Source: Candidatus Hermodarchaeota archaeon (GTDB lineage: Archaea; Asgardarchaeota; Lokiarchaeia; Sigyniarchaeales; SOKP01). Taken from it: 35,722 nt of DNA. The translations under genes and the position numbers were made by a program. The stretch spans positions 27,386 through 63,107 of the forward strand of contig JBHLLG010000015.1 of assembly GCA_048885925.1 (NCBI GenBank), read 5' to 3'. The number at the start of each line of letters is the position of its first letter. The first letter of the stretch is position 1. This document shows, one piece after another, positions 29,096 through 35,722 of this stretch. Under the pieces are notes generated by a model. It had not been told where the DNA came from, made no database searches, and worked only from the letters and a program-made list of their open reading frames with translations.

Positions 29096-29872
29096 TTGAA
29101 AAAGATACATTTAATTTATATAGCTGGACTCATAATTATTTCGATAATATCTACTTATGTATTAATTGCCCTTCCACATGGAGCACCTATCACTATGTTA
29201 GAATCAAGTTTCTTTTTATTTGGTCTTGGTTTTAACAGCACAATTTTGTTATGGACTATTGGGGGATATTTATTGTTCAGGTGGATTAGAACAAACAGAA
29301 AAAATCCTTCACTTCTTATATGGAGTATTTCTTTTTTAGTGTATAGCATAACATTTGTTGCTCATATATTTAGAGCTTTGGGATTTTCTTATGCAAATGA
29401 GAATTTATCCGTCTTTCATTTTTTTGCATGGAGGTGGGGAATGCCATGCTTTTCTGCGGGAATATTATACGGTATTTTAAAGATTTTAACTGAAAATAAA
29501 AAAATTCAGCAAATACCTAGCATTTCTGTACTTATTCTTGGATTTTTATGTCTATTATTAGGATTATTTATTATTCCTTCAGAAAATCCAATTGAAGTTA
29601 CAATGTATTTTTTCCTTCATACAATTTGGATCCCTATTTGTTTTACTATGGCATATATTTTTGCTTTCTATGGGTATAAATCGAAAGAAATTGGTCCAAA
29701 ATTAGTAGGGCTTGGATTTTTTCTTCTTATGTTATCATATCATGGGTGGGCTCCGTGGCATTTTCAAGATGTGGTTTATCTCTATTTTATTTGGTATTTT
29801 TTATTCTTGCTTTCTCTTACTCCAATATTATTGGGATTTGTTTTAATGTCTGTTGAAGAGAGACATGATTAG
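29096..29872 (+). CDS. Polytopic membrane protein (about 8 TM)
   Basis: Eight hydrophobic segments; TTG 29096 or ATG 29084, coupled to the upstream longin gene. Confidence 0.8.
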   Translation: MKKIHLIYIAGLIIISIISTYVLIALPHGAPITMLESSFFLFGLGFNSTILLWTIGGYLLFRWIRTNRKNPSLLIWSISFLVYSITFVAHIFRALGFSYANENLSVFHFFAWRWGMPCFSAGILYGILKILTENKKIQQIPSISVLILGFLCLLLGLFIIPSENPIEVTMYFFLHTIWIPICFTMAYIFAFYGYKSKEIGPKLVGLGFFLLMLSYHGWAPWHFQDVVYLYFIWYFLFLLSLTPILLGFVLMSVEERHD

Positions 29873-29902
29873 TGAGTGTAAATTTGATTTATTTTTAACT
29901 TT

Positions 29903-31735
29903 TTATAGTTTATCCAATCCTAAAGATTTTAGTTTTTGTTGGTTTGGATAACCTGTCGTTAGATCAAAGGTTCTATAATTATAGTATTTTTTTTTTAATT
30001 TTTCAAAATTTGGTGTTTTACCTGCTGAACCACCTTCATTGACAGGATTTAATAATATTTGAGGTAATTTATCATCTTCAGGTTTGATGCCCATTTTAAG
30101 GTTGAACATACGCTTTATCATATAGCTTCTTTCTGCCAATTTTTTAAAATCTTCCATATTTAAGTTCAATCCAGTTGCAGCTTCAATAAGATCTATAACA
30201 ATTTCCGGTCTTGGATCTGCCATATTACATAGTATCATAGAATTAAAAATAGCCCGATAATCCTGCGCCAATGCACTAGTTATTGCCATTTCTTCATCAT
30301 CTTGATCCCAATCAATCATTTTAATTCCAAAACTTTCAAGCTGAGATGCCACTAGTAGAATAAACATATCACAAGATTCATGACATGGTCCCCTTGGAGT
30401 TCCTAAAGCATACGCTACTGCCATGCCATGATTATATCGTAAATCATGATAAGGAACTTCCATCCCATAAACAGTAGCAATTTCATCTTGGGAAATATTA
30501 AACTCTTTACCGACCGAATCCGAACCGTCTGCTAATATTTTTCCAATTCCTTCTCTATATGCAATCTTTTTAATCAATTTAAGAGCTGGGCGCACATTTC
30601 CCCATTTTGGTTCCAGACCATCAATATCTTCTGATTTTATTTTGTGATTATTAAAAAGATGATATATAAAAGCAATCGTACTGCTCCCACTAATTGTATC
30701 AATCCCAAAATCATTACATAAGTAATTAGCCTTTTCTATCGATTCTAAATTATCATTTAAGATTAAGGAACCAAAACCTACCACAGTTTCATATTCTGCT
30801 GCTTCAATCTCATCAGCTATTTGGTAATCCCCTTCCTTTATGAGGACCTTATGAGCACATCCAATAGGACATGAGTAGCAAGGATATTTTCTTGTATAAT
30901 ACTTTTGATATGCGGTTGTTCCTGAAATTTTATACGCTTTTTTCCATGTACCCAAAGTCCAGTATTTGAGGGGTAAATCTCCATAAACATTTGCTGCATC
31001 GATAAATCCCGAAGTGCCTAGAGTACCAAATGTTTGAGGCATAAATGAATCTCTGATATGTTGTGATACTCTTTTTATAGTATCCTGAAGTTTTTCAGGA
31101 TTAGCAGCAGTATAGGTCAATTTTTCGCCTTTTATAGCTATAGCTTTTAACCTTTTTGACCCCATCACTGCTCCCATTCCAGTTCTTCCCGCAGCTTTAT
31201 CTTCTGATGCAATCATAGCGTATTTTACAAGATTTTCACCAGCGGGACCAATACAAGCAACTCGTGCATTTAATCCCAATTTTTCTTTTAATATCTTTGA
31301 AGTCTCAAAGATCCCTTTTCCCCATAAAGATGTAGCATCCTTGAGATTAACATTACTTTGAGTGATTTCTAAATATACCGGAATATTTGAAACTTCTTTT
31401 ATTATAATTCCATCATATCCTACCTTTTTCAATTCAGGACCGAAAAATCCACCACAATTTGATTCTCCCCAGATTCCTGTTAAGGGAGATTTAGCACATA
31501 CAACAAACCTTCCGCTTGAAGGAATATTAGATCCGCAAAAAGGACCCGTCATGAACATTAGAATATTCTTTGAAGATAAAGGGTCAGTATCCTTTTCTAT
31601 CTTATCATATAAATATTTACAGCAGTATCCTGCTCCACCAAGATAATCTCTTGCTATTTCTTCATTTATAGGTTGATCTATAATTTCATTGGCGCTGAGA
31701 TCAATTACTAGAATTTTTCCCGCGAAGCCTTTCAT
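29903..31735 (-). CDS. aor: Tungsten-dependent aldehyde:ferredoxin oxidoreductase family protein
   Basis: KSPLTG, CIGPAGEN, GRTGMGAVMGSK, CYSCPIGC, EYET, DTIS; ATG 31735 with AGGTGA SD. Confidence 0.92.
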   Translation of the reverse strand: MKGFAGKILVIDLSANEIIDQPINEEIARDYLGGAGYCCKYLYDKIEKDTDPLSSKNILMFMTGPFCGSNIPSSGRFVVCAKSPLTGIWGESNCGGFFGPELKKVGYDGIIIKEVSNIPVYLEITQSNVNLKDATSLWGKGIFETSKILKEKLGLNARVACIGPAGENLVKYAMIASEDKAAGRTGMGAVMGSKRLKAIAIKGEKLTYTAANPEKLQDTIKRVSQHIRDSFMPQTFGTLGTSGFIDAANVYGDLPLKYWTLGTWKKAYKISGTTAYQKYYTRKYPCYSCPIGCAHKVLIKEGDYQIADEIEAAEYETVVGFGSLILNDNLESIEKANYLCNDFGIDTISGSSTIAFIYHLFNNHKIKSEDIDGLEPKWGNVRPALKLIKKIAYREGIGKILADGSDSVGKEFNISQDEIATVYGMEVPYHDLRYNHGMAVAYALGTPRGPCHESCDMFILLVASQLESFGIKMIDWDQDDEEMAITSALAQDYRAIFNSMILCNMADPRPEIVIDLIEAATGLNLNMEDFKKLAERSYMIKRMFNLKMGIKPEDDKLPQILLNPVNEGGSAGKTPNFEKLKKKYYNYRTFDLTTGYPNQQKLKSLGLDKL

Positions 31736-31973
31736 AAAATTTATCACCTTTATAGTAAATTTTACCTTGATATTTTTAATATTTTATTGATGAGCTTATT
31801 CCATTTTTACATTTTTGTTTATAATCGTTACAGATGATACTCTCAACGGGATTAGATCTAAATAAATGACCATTTATTAAAAAGATGCATCTTTATCAAT
31901 GCTAGAAGCTCTCTAAATAAATTTTAAATGAGAATATACATTTTAAATATAATATAAAAAAGGAGTGAAGATT

Positions 31974-32492
31974 ATGGAGAAAAAGGATTTGAAAGAGGGA
32001 AGTAAAGCCCCATTATTTAAACTAGATTCCTACAATGCAGGGAAGATTGATTTAGCAGAAATAATTGGAGAGCACAAAATTGTATTAATTTTCTCAAGAT
32101 ATTTTGGTTGTCCTATTTGCCAATTAGACCTAAAAGAACTTATGCAGCGAAAGGTTGAGATTGAGGAGAAAGGCGCAAAACTATTATACATTACACAATC
32201 TGGCAAAAGTGTAGCAACAGAATATATTAAAAAAGAAAAAATTGATTTTCCTGTCATTCCAAGCTCAAAAGATGATTTATATTCTGAGTATGGCTTGGGA
32301 TTAATGACATCTGAAGCAATTAAACAAATTCCTGCTAAAATAAAAGATGTTAGAAATTATGGTATTGAACATGGAGAATATGAAGGATGGGAAAAGCAAG
32401 GACCTGGACAATTTGTAATTGACGAAGAAGGAAAAATAATACATGCACAGAAAGGATGGCTCGATATCGATAGCCTACTTACAGTACTCTAA
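31974..32492 (+). CDS. AhpC/TSA peroxiredoxin-like redoxin
   Basis: GSKAPLFKL, FSRYFGCPIC (CxxC) and PGQFVIDEEGKI; ATG 31974 after a GGAGTG SD. Confidence 0.85.
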   Translation: MEKKDLKEGSKAPLFKLDSYNAGKIDLAEIIGEHKIVLIFSRYFGCPICQLDLKELMQRKVEIEEKGAKLLYITQSGKSVATEYIKKEKIDFPVIPSSKDDLYSEYGLGLMTSEAIKQIPAKIKDVRNYGIEHGEYEGWEKQGPGQFVIDEEGKIIHAQKGWLDIDSLLTVL

Positions 32493-32518
32493 TTTTGCGC
32501 TCTTTAAATTCTTTTAAT

Positions 32519-33637
32519 TTAAGCTCTTAATTTATTGTATTTTTCAATTATTTCTTTTTTTTTATTTAGAATAATTGCATTTAAATCATCAATAGTTTCA
32601 GGAGGAGTTATTTCTTTGACTTTATTCTTTATCTTAATTGCTTCAGTAGAACAGATGACCACACAAAGACCACATCCTAGACATTTCTTTAGATTAACAG
32701 TTGATTTATCATTAACTAGAGTTAAAGCATTCATTTGACAGCGATCCAAACAATTTCCACATCCAATACATAATTCAGCATCAATATCAACATAATAATT
32801 AGTTTTCATAAGTCTTGCTGGATTGTTCATCTTTCTAAAATCCCTTAATAATCCACAACAACATCCACAACAGCTACATATAAACCCAGGTCGCTGATTA
32901 TTCCCCAACTGGAGTACTAAGCCTGTTTCTTCATTTTTATCAAGAATGGTTAGAGCTTCCTCTTTTGTTATTTGACGAGCCCAACCTTGTTCAATATACA
33001 TTTGTGCAATATGCCCAAATCCAATACAAGTCTCATACCTATTCGTGAGTTTACATGGATCTCTTTCTCTGCGGACATCCTGCTTTTGACGGCAGACACA
33101 GTTAGTAACAGCAATAGGAGTCTCTGCATTTTGAATTAATCTTCTTATATCATTATAGGGTGCCACAAAATTTTCATGAGTAATGCTCTTTTCCACTGGG
33201 ACAACACGCGTTTGAGAAATTTTAGTGTGAAATAATTCAACATCAAAGATTTCTTGTCCATATTGTTTCATTAAATCCATAAACTCCATCGTAAGTCTAT
33301 TTACCTGATATTCAAATATACCAATGATTAGCATTGCGTTAGCATAAAGCTTTTCATCTCCTTTTCTTTTATAATGAATAGCCCCCTTTTTCACACAGTT
33401 TTCCAAAATTCTTCCTAGATCTTCAATTGTAATATTTGGATCCTCAATCCGTTTATATATAATACTCAGAGGTTCATATTTGAAACTGAGCTTAGCAGCA
33501 ATTTTTGCTTCTTCGGGTGTAAATAAGTATTTTAATAATTTTAATTCAACACCTGAATTTGTAGGAGGAAATCCAATAGGTAATTTATCTAGGTGTTCCT
33601 GTAATTCTCTATATATTTTTGTTTCTTCTGAGTTCAT
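32519..33637 (-). CDS. Multi-Fe-S protein (helical N-domain, Cys-rich middle, 2x[4Fe-4S] ferredoxin C-domain)
   Basis: LFTPEEA, CVCRQ, ICSCCGCCCG, CIGCGNCLDRC and CLGCGLCVVIC. Confidence 0.85.
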   Translation of the reverse strand: MNSEETKIYRELQEHLDKLPIGFPPTNSGVELKLLKYLFTPEEAKIAAKLSFKYEPLSIIYKRIEDPNITIEDLGRILENCVKKGAIHYKRKGDEKLYANAMLIIGIFEYQVNRLTMEFMDLMKQYGQEIFDVELFHTKISQTRVVPVEKSITHENFVAPYNDIRRLIQNAETPIAVTNCVCRQKQDVRRERDPCKLTNRYETCIGFGHIAQMYIEQGWARQITKEEALTILDKNEETGLVLQLGNNQRPGFICSCCGCCCGLLRDFRKMNNPARLMKTNYYVDIDAELCIGCGNCLDRCQMNALTLVNDKSTVNLKKCLGCGLCVVICSTEAIKIKNKVKEITPPETIDDLNAIILNKKKEIIEKYNKLRA

Positions 33638-33870
33638 TTAATAACTCCATTTTTGTAATTATTAGTTATATTTACTGATTAAATAAAATATTAAAAATTA
33701 TAAGTAATTTCTTAATTGATAAAATAACATTAAAGAATGGAAGATATTACTTAGATATCACTTAGTTTCTTAAAATCTGATCGTATGTTTTTAATATATA
33801 TATAGATATCTCTCTGCTATTATAGAGATATTAACTGCAATTTGAAATAATCATAATTAAAATTTCAAGA

Positions 33871-34143
33871 ATGAAAGAAATGATGATTTCAAGAACAGGA
33901 GATCCTGAACCTGTACTAAATCTTAAAGATTTATTTTATGAAACACAAACAAGCAGGAGCATTGTTAATAAACAAGTTGAACAGATAACTCAAAAAGCAA
34001 AGTATGATAATTTTAAGTTACTATCAGATATTTCGAATGTGTTGCAAAATTGTAGGCATTTAACAGATAAGGATAAATTATTATACTGTCAAAGTCAAAG
34101 ATATTTTATGAAACTATATTTACGCGAAATTAACAAACGTTAA
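33871..34143 (+). CDS. Small hypothetical protein
   Basis: 90-aa ATG ORF filling the gap between genes, plausible helical composition. Confidence 0.6.
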   Translation: MKEMMISRTGDPEPVLNLKDLFYETQTSRSIVNKQVEQITQKAKYDNFKLLSDISNVLQNCRHLTDKDKLLYCQSQRYFMKLYLREINKR

Positions 34144-34147
34144 TAAT

Positions 34148-35722
34148 TTATAAATAGTATTTTTTAACTTCTCTTATAATTAAATTAACTAAATCTTTAG
34201 GATTTCCTATACCATAAAAAGTCACTTTATCAAGTAGATTTTTAAATTTATCTTGAGGTATTCTTTTTGAGCCAATAAAAAATCCTACAATCTTATGCCC
34301 TTTTTGAGCTAATTCTATCATTATTTTTTTAGCTTTACTCCAGTTATAAATACCAAAATCAGTGATAATAAAAACAAGTACTTTTCTCTCTGCTTTAAAA
34401 CATTGATCTGCGATTTCTTTAATTGGTAAAAATGTGCCTCCACCTTGATACCGTAATAAAATCTTTTCAGCTTCATTATAATTAGAAGACCATTGAGAAA
34501 TGTCAGCTCTATTAGAAAAATTAATTATGCTAAATTTAGCACCTTTACTTGCTGCATAATGTAAAGAAGCAAACGCAGCTACTAAAGCTGTGTGATAGGG
34601 GCCTCTTCCACGGATAGATCTAGAGGAGTAATTCCAACCCATAGATCCTGAAGAATCTAGAACAATTAATAGATCTGGTATTAACTTTTCAACTAAATTA
34701 CCTGGACCTTCCTTATAAGCCCATTTTCTAGTAGTGATATTAGGTACAATTAAAGGACTATTTAATAAACTTTGAATAATATCTAACTCTTCTATTCTAT
34801 CTCCTATTTTCCAAACTTCTGGGTATACTGGTAATAATCCTCCTGGTTTTTTTTCAAATATTTTTATTTCAATTAAGTTTTTAGCTAATCCCCTATACCA
34901 AGTAGCTAATGTATTTCCATCAATTAAAATTCCAGCTTGACGGGCAGGTCCACCAAATTCAGAGTAAGGAATATTTTTAGCAAATTCCTCAGATTTTTGT
35001 CTTAAATCATCTTCATTTCTTTCTTTTAGTTTATCCGCATTTTTATTCTCTAATGGATTATCCATTAGTTCTAATATATCTTTCGGAACCTCCAAAAAAT
35101 CACCGCCAGGACTTCTTCTCTTTTCTTTATTTTTATCCAAAATACTTCTAGCATCTATGAGAGTAAATGTATCTTGTATTAGATTATTTAGATATTTGGC
35201 AACTAAAGCAGTCTTTTTTTCCCATAATGAATCATCCTCAAAATCTTTTTGAATTGTTTTTGTAACCTTTTCCGCTAATAAATCCATTTCTTTTATTATA
35301 TCATCCCCTATTACTTCTCGATTCCAAATTTTTTCATAAGCTCGAAATAAGAATTTTGTCAAATTACTAATAGATCCTTTACTTTTGATATGTTTATAGG
35401 TTACCTGCATTTCCCATATAATAAGATTTGGGTATTTCTGATATAATTTAGTATCTATGATAAGATCGGCAAATATATTTACAATAATAGGAGCAAAATT
35501 TTGATTTACATGCTGCATAGCTGCTCTAAGTAATTTTGCATTGATTAAACCATCGTAAGGTATTATTTGATAATGTGATATTTCATGAAGTGCAATAATA
35601 TGAAAATAATTTATATAATCTTTATCATCTTTAAATAAAGGAGTGTTAGCTAAATTCATTGTTATTTGCCATCGATTTTCTGGGTCAATATAGAATCCTT
35701 CTAAATGAGTGTAATCAAATAC
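34148..35722 (-). CDS. VWA (MIDAS) domain protein with N-terminal HExxH metallopeptidase-like domain; 5' end outside the window
   Basis: LHEISH and NIFADLIID; MIDAS DSSGS, GGT, ITD. The frame is open from 35659 to the window end (VFDYTHLEGFYIDPENRWQIT). Confidence 0.85.
   Translation of the reverse strand, partial: VFDYTHLEGFYIDPENRWQITMNLANTPLFKDDKDYINYFHIIALHEISHYQIIPYDGLINAKLLRAAMQHVNQNFAPIIVNIFADLIIDTKLYQKYPNLIIWEMQVTYKHIKSKGSISNLTKFLFRAYEKIWNREVIGDDIIKEMDLLAEKVTKTIQKDFEDDSLWEKKTALVAKYLNNLIQDTFTLIDARSILDKNKEKRRSPGGDFLEVPKDILELMDNPLENKNADKLKERNEDDLRQKSEEFAKNIPYSEFGGPARQAGILIDGNTLATWYRGLAKNLIEIKIFEKKPGGLLPVYPEVWKIGDRIEELDIIQSLLNSPLIVPNITTRKWAYKEGPGNLVEKLIPDLLIVLDSSGSMGWNYSSRSIRGRGPYHTALVAAFASLHYAASKGAKFSIINFSNRADISQWSSNYNEAEKILLRYQGGGTFLPIKEIADQCFKAERKVLVFIITDFGIYNWSKAKKIMIELAQKGHKIVGFFIGSKRIPQDKFKNLLDKVTFYGIGNPKDLVNLIIREVKKYYL

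Noticed and set aside
31974-33637. Selenoprotein (TGA read-through) in the peroxiredoxin-like or Fe-S genes
   Set aside because: The CxxC and cluster positions are all Cys codons; there is no in-frame TGA.
1-35722. tRNA, rRNA, transposase, integrase or defence genes
   Set aside because: No GC-rich structured-RNA island or recognisable motifs were seen by eye; a covariance-model scan was not possible.

Overview
AT-rich, gene-dense archaeal chromosomal segment, most likely Asgard (Lokiarchaeia-like). That assignment is inferred from TFB, PAN, a PAC2 chaperone, AOR, and longin- and roadblock-like proteins. It holds about 33 CDS; I saw no rRNA, tRNA, CRISPR array or mobile element. Themes are copper export (CopA), Fe-S assembly (IscS and IscU, plus a minimal SufC-SufB pair), Mo/W redox (MobA, AOR, ferredoxins), proteostasis (PAN, PAC2) and three ArsB/NhaD/SLC13-type permeases. 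Four things were missed or mis-called by the ORF track. (1) An unannotated 50-aa acidic DEDWD-repeat microprotein lies divergent from a methyltransferase/ATP-grasp ligase fusion that is tightly linked to PAN, suggesting a candidate peptide-tagging or proteasome module. (2) Four genes appear to start at ATT/ATA codons. (3) A small Cys-rich gene downstream of copA is a free-standing copy of CopA's extra C-terminal domain. (4) A beta-CASP nuclease carries two degenerate KH-like repeats. All family calls come from motif recognition by eye; no database searches were run.
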